Counted from the first letter of the stretch, positions 36,887 through 48,140 are shown. The stretch is 64,000 nucleotides of DNA from an uncultured Chthoniobacterales bacterium (GCA_902805675.1 CADCTA010000097.1:1059-65058); one strand, 5' to 3'. Made by a program: numbers and translations. The notes: a model not told the origin generated them from the letters alone.

Positions 36887-37317
36887 TTGTAAGAGTAAAC
36901 AAGGCAAAGCGTGCCGGTATCGCCTTCGTCAGCGGCGATCGAGACGAAGTACTGGCCGCTGATCGTCGGCGAGAAGCCGGTGGCGGCCTTCTCGTCTTCG
37001 GCGAATTGTTCGGTTTCCAGTGGCTTGCCGTTCTCGTCGTAAAGGCCGAGCGAGAACTTCGGCCCTTTACCGGCTCCGGCCACGGAGAACCAGTATTCGT
37101 TGCCTGCGTAGAGATTCACGGCGACGACCGCGCGGTCACCTTTTTTAACGGTGCCGGTCCAATGGCCGTCGCGGACTTTGAAACCTTCATTGGCAAAAGC
37201 GCCGGCGAGATCGAGGGCGACCTTGCGCGCTTCGACTTGATTGTCACTCTGGGCGCGGCAGAAGGGCGCGAGCGCGACCGCCGTCAGAGCGAAGAGGATG
37301 ATGCGGCGGGATGTCAT
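36883..37317 (-). CDS. Hypothetical secreted beta-rich protein
   Basis: 144-aa ORF with a signal peptide ending in CRA-Q. No recognisable family. It is translationally coupled on both sides. Confidence 0.6.
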   Translation of the reverse strand: MTSRRIILFALTAVALAPFCRAQSDNQVEARKVALDLAGAFANEGFKVRDGHWTGTVKKGDRAVVAVNLYAGNEYWFSVAGAGKGPKFSLGLYDENGKPLETEQFAEDEKAATGFSPTISGQYFVSIAADEGDTGTLCLVYSYK

Positions 37318-38126
37318 TTCGCGTCGTCCTTGTGCTGGATATCCTGGATCAATTTGCTCACGGCGCCGTTTAGCTTCGCCACATCTTCAGCAGTCGGAGT
37401 GCCACCGCCGGGAAAGGTGACAAGCTTTTCGATTTCGGAGAGTTGCTGGATCACGCTTTTCACCAGCGGCTCGTCCTGTACCTCCGGCGACATGTCTTTC
37501 ACCTTTGTCTGGATGAAGCCCACGAGCGCCGGCTGGCGCAGCACCCTGGCCGCTGCTGCATCGTAATTTTTCATCACCGATCCACTCACCACCTGGGTGC
37601 CGCGAATCCAGCCGCCGAGGCTGACGAGAATCACGAGGTCCTGGTCGCGATTCGACTGCATCGACGTTTTCACCTCGTTCTGCGTCGCCTCGAGTTCTTC
37701 CTGGAGCGCGCTCCACTCGTCGTTTTCGGCGAATTCATTGATGCTTTTCCCGCGGCCGAGCACGTTCTCACTCACACCCAGCGCCTTCGCCAGCTTGATG
37801 ATGTCCGTGCCGATGTTCTTTACCTGCTGGCCATCCTGCGCTTCGACGGCGATGAACCCATCGGCGATCAACCCGCCAAGGTTCAGGGCGATCTGCGCCC
37901 GGTTCCGGTAAGTCATCGGAATGGGGCCGCGGTATTGCTCGCTCCAGTTTGGAGCACCCGGCTTCGACAACGCAGCAAACAGTTCACCGGGCGTCGGAAT
38001 CGAAATGGTGTCGGTGCGGATCGCTTTTGCGAGCTGCTCCGGGGTGAGCGGCGTCGGGTCGGCGGCGATCGCTGCGCAGGCGCTCGCAAGCAGAGCGGAG
38101 ATGAAGATGCGCGGCTTGGAAAGCAT
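37314..38126 (-). CDS. Hypothetical secreted helical protein
   Basis: Start moved to the ATG at 38126 (MLSKPRIFISALLASACAAIAA). The longer ORF-track version would overlap eno and its promoter. Confidence 0.6.
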   Translation of the reverse strand: MLSKPRIFISALLASACAAIAADPTPLTPEQLAKAIRTDTISIPTPGELFAALSKPGAPNWSEQYRGPIPMTYRNRAQIALNLGGLIADGFIAVEAQDGQQVKNIGTDIIKLAKALGVSENVLGRGKSINEFAENDEWSALQEELEATQNEVKTSMQSNRDQDLVILVSLGGWIRGTQVVSGSVMKNYDAAAARVLRQPALVGFIQTKVKDMSPEVQDEPLVKSVIQQLSEIEKLVTFPGGGTPTAEDVAKLNGAVSKLIQDIQHKDDAK

Positions 38127-38247
38127 CCGGCAGATTATGCTGCCGTCGAGGAGATTGCCAACGGGAATGTAGGTGCTGGACGCTGCGCACGCCCTCTGTT
38201 TCGCCGGGAACATTGTGTAGACAGGCGGGCCGCAGCGCGCATCATAG

Positions 38248-39560
<1,313 letters not shown>

Positions 39561-39561
<1 letters not shown>

Positions 39562-39923
39562 TGGATCACCCCGGCTACGGCGATTTCCGCGCGCGTCGCG
39601 AAGCCACGATCTGGCAGCAGCTGAATCAAGTCCTCAAAGGACTGATCATCATCGCGTTGCTGCTTGTGATCGTTAGTCTCTTCCTCCCTCAATACAAAAG
39701 GCTAAAGCAGAGCCGCAGCGAGCTCGATGCGCTGCAGGCGATTGTCACCGAGCAGAAGATGGTGCTCGCGCGCCACACGCGCGAAGCGAGCCTGCTCAAA
39801 ACGGATCCCGTTTACCTGGAAACGATCGCGCGCGACCGCCTCGACCTGATGAAGGAAGGCGAGACGATCTTCCGCCTCGAGCCGCCGAAAGAGAAGCCGA
39901 AGGCAGCGACGCCGGCGCGGTAA
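39561..39923 (+). CDS. Septum formation initiator (FtsB/DivIC-like)
   Basis: 120-aa ORF with a GTG start overlapping the eno stop. One TM is followed by a coiled coil and 'DPVYLETIARDRLDLMKEGETIF'. Confidence 0.7.
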
Positions 39924-39958
39924 AGCGGCTGCCGCACAAAGCGTCGACTCGGTAAGCT

Positions 39959-40049
39959 GTCATTCCGAGCGGAGTCGAGCAATCCAGTAGCAGTACGGTT
40001 GGCGGCGCATCGGGATTCCTCCACTGCGCTTCGCTCCGGTCGGAATGAC
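39959..40049. repeat. Family-1 palindromic repeat, copy B
   Basis: GTCATTCCGAGCGGAGTCGAGCAATCC...GGGATTCCTCCACTGCGCTTCGCTCCGGTCGGAATGAC, between ftsB-like and prfB. Confidence 0.8.
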
Positions 40050-40088
40050 AGCTAGTGGCATGCGTGCGGAGGCTTGGTATCTTCCGCC

Positions 40089-41229
40089 ATGGCTACCGAT
40101 GTTCAGGAGATCAGCGCAGAGGATCTGAAGGCGCGCGTGGGCGAACTGCGGAGGTTTCTTTGACTTCGCTCGCCTGCAGGAAGAGCTAGCCACACTCGAG
40201 GCGCGCATGACCGCGCCGGATTTCTGGGATAACCGCGAGCGCGCCCAGGGCGACGTGGAGGAAGTTTCGCGGCTGCGGTCGCTCATCAATCCGTTCCGCG
40301 AGCTCGAGCGCGCGATCGATGACTTCGAGGTCCTGCAACAGCTTGCCGCTGAGGAAGGGGATGCGGCCCAACGCAGCGCCGCCGAACGCGATATCGCGAC
40401 GGAACACGCGCGGATTTTAGGCAAGCTCGAGGAGTTCGAGCTGCGCCAGTTTCTCTCCGGGCCTAACGACCGCTCGAACGCATTCCTCACGATTCATTCC
40501 GGCGCGGGTGGCACGGAGTCGTGCGACTGGGCGGACATGCTGCTGCGGATGTACCAGCGCTGGATCGAGCGCAGCGGCTTCACAGCGCAGACGATCGACA
40601 TCCAAACCGGCGAGGAAGTGGGCATCAAGTCGGCCACATTCCTCGTCGGCGGAGAGTACGCTTACGGATACCTCGGCACGGAGCGCGGCGTGCACCGGTT
40701 GGTCCGCATCTCACCGTTCGATTCGAACAAGCGACGGCACACCTCGTTCGCGAGCGTCGATGTCGTCCCGGAGATCGCGGACTCCGCGCCAATCGAGGTG
40801 AACCCCGCGGACATCGAGGTGGACACCTTCCGCGCGGGTGGCAAAGGCGGGCAGAACGTCAATAAAGTGGAGACCGCCGTGCGCATCGTGCACAAGCCGA
40901 GCGGCATCGTCGTGGCGTGTCAGGCGGAGCGCAGCCAGGGCCGGAATCGTGAGCTCGCGATGAAGATGTTGAAGGCGAAGCTTTACGAGATCGAGCAGGA
41001 CAAGAAGCGCGCTGAGATCGATCGGCAGTACGGCGAAAAGGGTGACGTGGCGTGGGGCAGTCAGATCCGCTCGTATGTGTTTCAGCCTTACCAGATGGTG
41101 AAGGATCACCGGACCGGCGCTGAGACGAGCAATGTGCAGGGCGTGATGGACGGTGACATCGACCTGTTCATCCAGGCGAAGCTGCGCGGGCAAAAGGCCG
41201 GCAAGGGCGACAGCGAGCGCGATATCTAA
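40089..41229 (+). CDS. prfB: Peptide chain release factor 2, requires programmed +1 frameshift at 40158-40164
   Basis: Frame 0 runs from ATG 40089 for 24 codons ([24 protein letters not shown]) to the in-frame TGA at 40161. The +1 frame continues '[24 protein letters not shown]' into ORF 40207-41229, which carries the SPF and GGQ ('[17 protein letters not shown]') motifs. Confidence 0.9.
40150..40164 (+). promoter_or_regulatory. prfB +1 frameshift site (SD-like GGAGG, then TTT CTT TGA C)
   Basis: GGAGG-TTT-CTT-TGA-C matches the canonical RF2 autoregulatory CUU UGA C slippery/stop context with an upstream internal Shine-Dalgarno. Confidence 0.85.
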
Positions 41230-41255
41230 AAGCGGCGGCAGGCCTGACACCCGCT

Positions 41256-41357
41256 GTCATTCCGACCGAAGCGCAGCGCAGTGGAGGAATCCCGTTGTCC
41301 CGGCCTTCAGGTATGCCACGGGATTCTTCGACTGCGCTGCGCTTCGCTCAGAATGAC
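41256..41357. repeat. Family-1 palindromic repeat, copy C
   Basis: GTCATTCCGACCGAAGCGCAGCGCAGTGGAGGAATCCCG...CGGGATTCTTCGACTGCGCTGCGCTTCGCTCAGAATGAC, between the convergent prfB and M10 protease genes. Confidence 0.8.
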
Positions 41358-41377
41358 AGCGTGGCGGGCGCGCGACT

Positions 41378-42793
41378 CTATGGCGCCGGGCTCAAATCGT
41401 ACACTTCCACCAGTCCGATGCCGGTCTGATTGTCGAAGCCGCTCATGATTGCGGTGTAGGACCCGCCGTTCAGCGTCACGTGCATGGCCGACTCGTTGCC
41501 ATGTCTCGGAGCCAGCCCTGAGTTCCGGACTTCGTTCGATTCGGGATCCGATTCCCAGTCGTCGTTCACCCGGATGCGGTTGCCGTTTGAATCACGCAGA
41601 TCCAGCACAGGATCGTTGAGCGAGTTAGCGACACCGGAATCCCGGAGCGTCGCTCCCAGCCCGCGAAGGACGACGCGTTTGCTCTCGCCGCCACCTACGA
41701 TAAAGCCGGCCACCATCACATCGTTGCCTGTGCCCACGCGAGCGCGGGTCGAGATGTTGCCGGCGCGGCCATTCGTCGTGTGCAGATCGTACAGTTCGAC
41801 GAGCCCGATGCCGGTCAGGTCTTCGAAGCCGCGGACTACGACCGTGTAGCTTCCCGGTTGCAGCGTCGCGATGACAGCGGCCTCGCGGCTCCCCGTCGGA
41901 TCAAGCCCGTAGCTGGCAATCGTCTGGCTACTCCCGTAGTCGACCCAGTCGTCATTGGACTGGAGCTGCCCCGTGCTGCTTCGGAGCTCGAGCGTCGGAT
42001 CTTCATTAGGGCCGTTCACGCCGCTCGCGCCCAGCGAATTCCCGATCGCTCGCAACACGACCGTGGCGGGTTGCGATCCCTGAATGATAAAACCGCCGAT
42101 CATGACCTCTTCACCCGTGCCGATGAACGCGCGGGTCGAGAGGTTGACGAGATTCGATGAAGGGACGGAGGACTGATAGTTCGGCCCGGCGTCATAAAGT
42201 GCGTGCGCGCCGGCGATATCGTCACTGGTGAGGTGGTCGAGACCGCCGATCTTCGAATTCATCAACGCGGAGACGTTTTGCCCCGCCTGGTCCGGGTGAT
42301 CGAGGCCGAGCACGTGTCCGAATTCATGAAGAGCGACGCGATGGAAGTCGTAGACGTCACCTTGCTGAGGGCCGCGGTATGAGTCCCATCTCCTGGCGTT
42401 ATTGAAGATCACGTCTGTCTCCGTGACGACCGGGCCGCGCGAGGAGATCAGCGTGATGGCCAGAACGTTGCTCCCGAAAGAGTCGCCATAGACTGTCCGC
42501 GAGAAGAACACAGAGTTATCCGCGTCCGTCTCGGATTGCGGCAGGATGGAGCCGACGATCCAGCGGAACTTCAGGTGGACGAGGTGCTGGTTCCAATTCG
42601 ACAGCGTGCCAGCCGCGGAATCGTTGAAGGAGTTAAAGCCGTCCTGCAGCGGCTGAGGTCCGCCGAGCGAAAGATGCATCATGACGCTGCGGTTCAGCGT
42701 CCACTTGTCGCCGTCGATCTTGAAGGCAGCGGCATCACGGCCGGCCCACAGGAGCCCGGCAGCGCAAGACAGGAGAAGGAGGATCTTTTTCAA
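41378..42793 (-). CDS. Secreted M10 (matrixin-like) zinc metalloprotease with two C-terminal ~120-aa modules
   Basis: The metzincin motif is HEFGHVLGLDHP, followed by the Met-turn 'SALM'. The signal-peptide-like start LKKILLLLSCAAGLLWA uses the TTG at 42793; the ORF track starts at 42850. The modules lie at 41783-42145 and 41393-41758. Confidence 0.8.
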   Translation of the reverse strand: MKKILLLLSCAAGLLWAGRDAAAFKIDGDKWTLNRSVMMHLSLGGPQPLQDGFNSFNDSAAGTLSNWNQHLVHLKFRWIVGSILPQSETDADNSVFFSRTVYGDSFGSNVLAITLISSRGPVVTETDVIFNNARRWDSYRGPQQGDVYDFHRVALHEFGHVLGLDHPDQAGQNVSALMNSKIGGLDHLTSDDIAGAHALYDAGPNYQSSVPSSNLVNLSTRAFIGTGEEVMIGGFIIQGSQPATVVLRAIGNSLGASGVNGPNEDPTLELRSSTGQLQSNDDWVDYGSSQTIASYGLDPTGSREAAVIATLQPGSYTVVVRGFEDLTGIGLVELYDLHTTNGRAGNISTRARVGTGNDVMVAGFIVGGGESKRVVLRGLGATLRDSGVANSLNDPVLDLRDSNGNRIRVNDDWESDPESNEVRNSGLAPRHGNESAMHVTLNGGSYTAIMSGFDNQTGIGLVEVYDLSPAP

Positions 42794-42803
42794 AGCGATG
42801 ATT

Positions 42804-43439
42804 CTAACGTTGAACACGTGAAAGTGTAGAGGGTTGCGGCGCAGCCACAAGTTGCAGGGTAAATCGTTTATCGAATTGTCCGTGGTAGTATCGCCGGCAG
42901 CAGGCCAGGCATGCTACGCGGCGCCTGATCTTTCGGACGCGTGGAAACTCCCTGCCGCACCTTGGGCAGCGATACAGGAATGGCCGCGCACGCGTCTGTC
43001 TCGGAAAAGGAAGCGAATGGCAACGCTGCTCGTCTGCGATGCCGAGATCGCAGCATGCCTGCCGCCACTCGGGACCGTGCGGCGCGATTCGGCGGCGACC
43101 TTTCCGCGCGTGCGCCAGGAGGTGCGCCAGCTCGTGGCGCAAGGTGCGGTCGATCTCGTCCGCACCATGCGTGCGCAGCAGTGGATTGAGTGTCACCAGG
43201 TTGTGACGATAGTCGGCACGCCCTGCGGCGGTGCGAAGTCTCGAGCTCCACTCCACGCGAACGGATCGCGCGACGCTCGGCGCCCCCACGGCGCGCAACA
43301 TTTCTCGGGCTTGTGCCTCGAGGGTCGCGTCACGCCCGGTGGTCGGGTGGCATTGCAGAGGCGGCGGCGGGTTCGCCGCGCGCGGGACGAAGCGGCCGAA
43401 TACCCCTTCTAAAAACTCGAGCTGCTTAAACAGCAGCAT
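42804..43439 (-). CDS. SprT-like zinc metalloprotease domain protein
   Basis: Start moved to the ATG at 43439 (MLLFKQLE). The motif is 'LRHELAHLLAH' (HExxH), with a C-terminal Zn-ribbon-like 'YRCPRCGREF...CLACC'. Confidence 0.7.
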   Translation of the reverse strand: MLLFKQLEFLEGVFGRFVPRAANPPPPLQCHPTTGRDATLEAQAREMLRAVGAPSVARSVRVEWSSRLRTAAGRADYRHNLVTLNPLLRTHGADEIDRTLRHELAHLLAHARKGRRRIAPHGPEWRQACCDLGIADEQRCHSLPFPRQTRARPFLYRCPRCGREFPRVRKIRRRVACLACCRRYYHGQFDKRFTLQLVAAPQPSTLSRVQR

Positions 43440-44604
43440 ACGGTCGTCGGTCACTGTGTTCGGGTGTCGGCGAGAGTCGCGCGAGGATTCGCTGGATCGC
43501 GTCGGCTGCGGCCGCAATCTCCTCAGGCGTCGTCTGTCTGCCCAGCGAAAAGCGGACGGCTGATGCGGCCGACTCGGCTGCGTGCCCCATCGCCAGCAGG
43601 ACGTGCGAGGCCATCACAGACCCCACCATGCAAGCCGATCCGCTCGAGGCGCAAACGCCTTCCAAATCGAGCGCCATCAACATGGTTTCTGAACTCACAC
43701 CGGGGAAGCTCACGTTCAACGTGTTCGCCAGCCGCTGATCCACCTCGCCGTTCTGGCGAGCCGTCGGGCATGCGATCGCGATTGCTCGCCACAGCTGGTC
43801 CCGCAACGCTGCCTCGCGCGGCTGCTCCGCATCGAGATCCGCGTGGACCCATTCCGCTGCGGCGGCCATGCCTGCGATTGCCGGCACGTTTTCCGTTCCT
43901 GGGCGCCGATCGTTCTCATGAGCACCGCCGAAGAGAATCGGCTGAATGGGCAGGCCGGCGCGGAGATACAAAAAGCCGGCGCCTTTGGGGCCATAAAACT
44001 TGTGCGCGGCAAAGCTCGCCGCGTCCGCGACGCCTTCAGAAAAGTCGATCGGCAATTTGCCAAACGACTGGACCATATCGCTGTGCAGCAACACACCGCG
44101 CGTGCGGCAGATACCCGCGATCTCGCGCAGCGGCTGCACGACGCCGGTCTCGTTGTTCGCGGTCATGATGGAGACAAGCGTCGTGTCTGGCCGAATCATG
44201 GCCGCCAGCTGCTGCGGATCGATCAGTCCGGCTTCGTCGACACCGAGGAACGTGACGTCGAAAGCTTCATCGCGTTGCAGGTGCTGAAACGCATGGAGCA
44301 CGGCGTGATGCTCCGTCCCCGCACAGATCAGATGTCGGCCGCGTGCCGCGTGGGCGCGAGCGAGCCCGAGGATCGCTAGATTGTTCGCTTCGGTGCCAGT
44401 CGCGGTAAAGATGAGCTCGTGAGGCTTTGCGCCGATGATTGCGCTTAGCCGATCACGCGCATCGTCGATCGCCGCGCGCGCTTCACGGCCCGCAGCATGG
44501 ATGCTCGATGGGTTACCGTAATGCTGCTCTAGGTACGGCAGCATCGCGTCGCGAGCGGGAGCGCAGAGCGGAGTCGTCGCGTTGTAGTCGAGGTAGATGG
44601 TCAT
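43426..44604 (-). CDS. Cysteine desulfurase (NifS/IscS class V aminotransferase)
   Basis: 392-aa ORF. 'IYLDYNATTP', 'FTATGTEANN', 'AHKFYGPKG' (PLP Lys) and 'SSGSAC' (active-site Cys) are present. Confidence 0.9.
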   Translation of the reverse strand: MTIYLDYNATTPLCAPARDAMLPYLEQHYGNPSSIHAAGREARAAIDDARDRLSAIIGAKPHELIFTATGTEANNLAILGLARAHAARGRHLICAGTEHHAVLHAFQHLQRDEAFDVTFLGVDEAGLIDPQQLAAMIRPDTTLVSIMTANNETGVVQPLREIAGICRTRGVLLHSDMVQSFGKLPIDFSEGVADAASFAAHKFYGPKGAGFLYLRAGLPIQPILFGGAHENDRRPGTENVPAIAGMAAAAEWVHADLDAEQPREAALRDQLWRAIAIACPTARQNGEVDQRLANTLNVSFPGVSSETMLMALDLEGVCASSGSACMVGSVMASHVLLAMGHAAESAASAVRFSLGRQTTPEEIAAAADAIQRILARLSPTPEHSDRRPYAAV

Positions 44605-44724
44605 TCCGACCGGAGCGAAGCGAAGTGGAGGACCGAGCTTTCGGGTAGTGGGGCAGAGGGCTACGATCCCGTTGCGTCGCCGATCGATGCAGCCACGGGA
44701 TCCCTCGACTGCGCTCGGGATGAC
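44600..44724. repeat. Family-1 palindromic repeat, copy D (longer variant)
   Basis: GTCATTCCGACCGGAGCGAAGCGAAGTGGAGGACC...CGGGATCCCTCGACTGCGCTCGGGATGAC, between cysE and the desulfurase. Its terminal GTCAT contains the desulfurase start codon. Confidence 0.75.
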
Positions 44725-44733
44725 ATAGCTTCG

Positions 44734-45660
44734 CTAAAACTTGCTGCCGGCATGCGCATGGCGTTCACGCTTTGGCACGATCGCGATCTGCTTTGCCGCG
44801 TAGTAGACGAGCGAGTCCGGCGGCACGCTCTCGGTCAGGAAGACGTTGCCGCCGATTGTGCTCCGCGCACCGACGACGGTCTCGCCGCCAAGCACGGTCG
44901 AGTTTGGATAGATCGTGACATGATCTTCCACGTTTGGGTGCCGCTTGCCGCCTTTGCGGATGTGCCCCTGGTCGTCTTTCTGGAAGCTCCGCGCGCCGAG
45001 CGTGACGCCGTGATAAAGCTTCACGTGCGAGCCGATCACGCACGTCTCACCAATTACCACGCCAGTGCCGTGATCGATAAAGAAGTGCGAGCCAATCGTC
45101 GCGCCCGGATGGATATCGATGCCGGTCCGTCCGTGCGCCCATTCGGTCATCATTCGCGGCACCAGCGGCAGGTTATGTTGGTAAAGCAGATGCGCGATAC
45201 GCTGAATGGCGATCGCCTCAATCGCCGGATACGCGAGGATGATCTCCTCGAAGCTGTGCGCGGATGGATCGCCTTCGTAGGCCGCATCGATGTCCGCCCA
45301 GAGCTTCTCGCGCAGACCGGCCAGCTGTGAAAAGAAGAAGTCGAGGATCTCCTCGGCCTGTTCGTCGCTGGCGGCGACTCCATTGACTGCGGCGAGGCTC
45401 TTGAGGATCTCTGGCTTAAGCCGCGCGTGCAGCGCTTTGATTCGGCAAAGTGTCACCTCCGGCAGCTCGCCGGCGTGCACGATCGGCTCGCCGTGGAATC
45501 CCGGGAAGAGGATGCTCAGCAATTCCACACAAGCGGCGTCGATCGCGGGACGCGAAGGTAACGTCGCCGCCGCTTCGACGTAGTTGATCCCGCCGTTCTC
45601 ACGATAGGTGAGCAGCAAATCGTCCACTGCGCGCGTGAAGTGATGATCCATCCGCCGCAA
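44734..45660 (-). CDS. cysE: Serine O-acetyltransferase (long form)
   Basis: 308-aa ORF. The hexapeptide-repeat region 'GIDIHPGATIGSHFFIDHGTGVVIGETCVIGSHVKLYHGVTLG' follows a SATase N-domain. Confidence 0.9.
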   Translation of the reverse strand: MRRMDHHFTRAVDDLLLTYRENGGINYVEAAATLPSRPAIDAACVELLSILFPGFHGEPIVHAGELPEVTLCRIKALHARLKPEILKSLAAVNGVAASDEQAEEILDFFFSQLAGLREKLWADIDAAYEGDPSAHSFEEIILAYPAIEAIAIQRIAHLLYQHNLPLVPRMMTEWAHGRTGIDIHPGATIGSHFFIDHGTGVVIGETCVIGSHVKLYHGVTLGARSFQKDDQGHIRKGGKRHPNVEDHVTIYPNSTVLGGETVVGARSTIGGNVFLTESVPPDSLVYYAAKQIAIVPKRERHAHAGSKF

Positions 45661-45741
45661 CTATGCCTGATCGCCCGCGAAGCGCGAGTCCGGCCGCATG
45701 ATTGCAAACCAGCTTCCGGCTCCTAAGATGCACCTTCCTCT

Positions 45742-47985
45742 ATGAGTAACTTCGAGATTCTCGGTCTGCCGACTGACGAGTTGGACGTGTTTTTGAGCGC
45801 CGCGCATGGCGATCCTTTCCGCGTGCTCGGGCCCCATCGGGTGGGGGACAATCTCGTCATCCGCACCTTTCGGCCGGACGCGCAGGAACTGCATGTGGAG
45901 CTGGACGGCGGAACAGTCGAACGCGTCGCCGCGAACCGGCTGCATCGCGAAGGTTTCTTCCAGGCCGTGCTGCCCGGGATGCGCCGCGACGCTTCCTACC
46001 AGCTGCGCATCACCGGCTGGAACGGCGACGAGTGGGCGATCCGCGATCCGTACTCCTACGGCACCATCATGGGGGAGGTGGATCTGCATCTCTTCTCGGA
46101 GGGCAATCACCACCAGATCTACGAGCGCTTCGGCGCGCATCTGCGGAACATCGGCGGAGTGGAGGGCGTCTACTTCGCCGTCTGGGCGCCAAATGCTCAC
46201 CGCGTCAGCGTCGTGGGTGACTTCAATGGCTGGGACGGTCGCGTCAATCCGATGCGGCGCCTCGTCGGCAGCGGCGTTTGGGAAATTTTCATCCCGGGTG
46301 CTACCGCCGGCACGCATTACAAGTTTGAGATCCGCACGCCCGCCGGGCAGCTGCTTTTGAAAAGCGATCCGTTCTCGTTCTTTGGCCAGTGGGGCAAGGA
46401 AACGTCATCGCTCGTCTACGACCTCGGCAAGTACCAGTGGAACGATCACGACTGGATGCATTCACGCCGGGCGAAGGATTGGAACAAGAGTCCGATGAGC
46501 ATCTACGAGGTGCACCTCGGCTCGTGGCGCCGGCATGGCGGCGATGCCGGCCGATCGTTCAGCTACCTGGAGCTCGCCGACTCGCTGATCCCTTACGTCC
46601 TGAAGATGGGCTACACGCACATCGAGCTGCTGCCGATCGCGGAGCATCCGTTTGAAGGCTCGTGGGGTTATCAGGTCACGAATTACTACGCGCCGACGAG
46701 CCGCTTCGGCACGCCGGATGAGCTGCGCCATTTCATTGATCGCTGCCACCAGGCCGGCATCGGCGTGATCATGGATTGGGTGCCGGCGCACTTCCCGAAA
46801 GACGCGCACGCGCTGGCTGAATTCGATGGCACCGATCTGTACGAGCACATGGATCCGCGGCAGGGCGAGCACCAGGATTGGGGCACGCTGATCTTCAATT
46901 TCGGGCGCAATGAGGTGCGCAATTTTCTGACCGGCAATGCGCTCTTCTGGCTGGATAAATATCACATCGATGGCCTGCGCGTGGATGCGGTGGCCTCGAT
47001 GCTTTACCTCGACTACTCGCGCGAGCCGGGCCAATGGGTGCCGAACGTGCACGGCGGCCGCGAGAACCTCGAGGCGGTCCATTTCATCAAGCGCACTAAC
47101 GAGCTGTGCTACGAGCGCTTCCCTGGCACCGTGACGATCGCGGAGGAATCAACCTCGTGGCCCGGCGTCTCGCGCCCCACCTACCTCGGCGGCCTCGGGT
47201 TCGGCATGAAGTGGAACATGGGGTGGATGCACGACTTCCTCCACTATATGGCGCTCGATCCCATCTTCCGCCGCTATCACCACAACAGCATCACCTTCTC
47301 GATCATGTACGCCTTCAGCGAGCATTTCGTGCTCGTGCTGAGCCACGACGAAGTGGTGCACGGCAAGGGATCGCTCATCGGCAAAATGCCCGGCGACGAA
47401 TGGCAGAAGTTTGCCAATCTTCGTATGTTCTACGCCTGGATGTACGGCCATCCCGGCAAGAAGCTGCTCTTCATGGGCCAGGAGTTCGGCCAGGTGCGCG
47501 AATGGAACCACGACCGTGAGCTCGATTGGTTCCTCCTCGAAAACCCGAGGCACGATGGGCTGCATCGCCTCGTGCAACATCTCAACTACACGTACCGCAG
47601 CGAGCCCGCGCTGTGGGACCTCGACGACAGCTACGAAGGCTACGACTGGATCGATCACCACGACGCCGACAACAGCGTCGTCTCATTCCTCCGGCGCTCG
47701 CGCGAGGGCGACATCATCGTCTTCGTGATCAACGCGACACCGCAGGTCCTGCACGGCTATCGTCTCGGAGTTCCTGAAGGCGGCTTCTACCGCGAGATCA
47801 TCAATACCGACGCGGAGACGTACGGCGGGAGCAACATCGGCAACATGGGCGGCTTGCAGGCGGATGACTTCGCGTGGCAGGCGCGCACGCACTCACTTAT
47901 GATCGAGGTGCCACCGCTTGCGACGCTGGCGTTCAAGCTCGAGCGCCCGCCCAGCGTGGCGGATGTCGCCGTGGCTCCAGGGTAG
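45742..47985 (+). CDS. glgB: 1,4-alpha-glucan branching enzyme
   Basis: 747-aa ORF. GH13 motifs are 'DWVPAHF', '[12 protein letters not shown]', '[11 protein letters not shown]' and '[10 protein letters not shown]'. Confidence 0.95.
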   Translation: MSNFEILGLPTDELDVFLSAAHGDPFRVLGPHRVGDNLVIRTFRPDAQELHVELDGGTVERVAANRLHREGFFQAVLPGMRRDASYQLRITGWNGDEWAIRDPYSYGTIMGEVDLHLFSEGNHHQIYERFGAHLRNIGGVEGVYFAVWAPNAHRVSVVGDFNGWDGRVNPMRRLVGSGVWEIFIPGATAGTHYKFEIRTPAGQLLLKSDPFSFFGQWGKETSSLVYDLGKYQWNDHDWMHSRRAKDWNKSPMSIYEVHLGSWRRHGGDAGRSFSYLELADSLIPYVLKMGYTHIELLPIAEHPFEGSWGYQVTNYYAPTSRFGTPDELRHFIDRCHQAGIGVIMDWVPAHFPKDAHALAEFDGTDLYEHMDPRQGEHQDWGTLIFNFGRNEVRNFLTGNALFWLDKYHIDGLRVDAVASMLYLDYSREPGQWVPNVHGGRENLEAVHFIKRTNELCYERFPGTVTIAEESTSWPGVSRPTYLGGLGFGMKWNMGWMHDFLHYMALDPIFRRYHHNSITFSIMYAFSEHFVLVLSHDEVVHGKGSLIGKMPGDEWQKFANLRMFYAWMYGHPGKKLLFMGQEFGQVREWNHDRELDWFLLENPRHDGLHRLVQHLNYTYRSEPALWDLDDSYEGYDWIDHHDADNSVVSFLRRSREGDIIVFVINATPQVLHGYRLGVPEGGFYREIINTDAETYGGSNIGNMGGLQADDFAWQARTHSLMIEVPPLATLAFKLERPPSVADVAVAPG

Positions 47986-48089
47986 GGACAGCGCGCTGCG
48001 CTGTCCGAGTAGCGTGGCACGGTCGGAATCGTCCGAGCGTCTCCGCGGGGAGCAACGCGCTTCGGACGCCGCAGCGCGGCGTCCCTACC
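47981..48089. repeat. Family-2 palindromic repeat, copy 1
   Basis: GGTAGGGACAGCGCGCTGCGCTGTCCGAG...TCGGACGCCGCAGCGCGGCGTCCCTACC. Each end is itself a hairpin and the two ends are mutually inverted. Its first bases contain the glgB TAG stop. Confidence 0.8.
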
Positions 48090-48140
48090 ATTGCGCTTGA
48101 CCGCCGGGAGGCGGACCCGCATTTTTTCCGCGGACCCACC

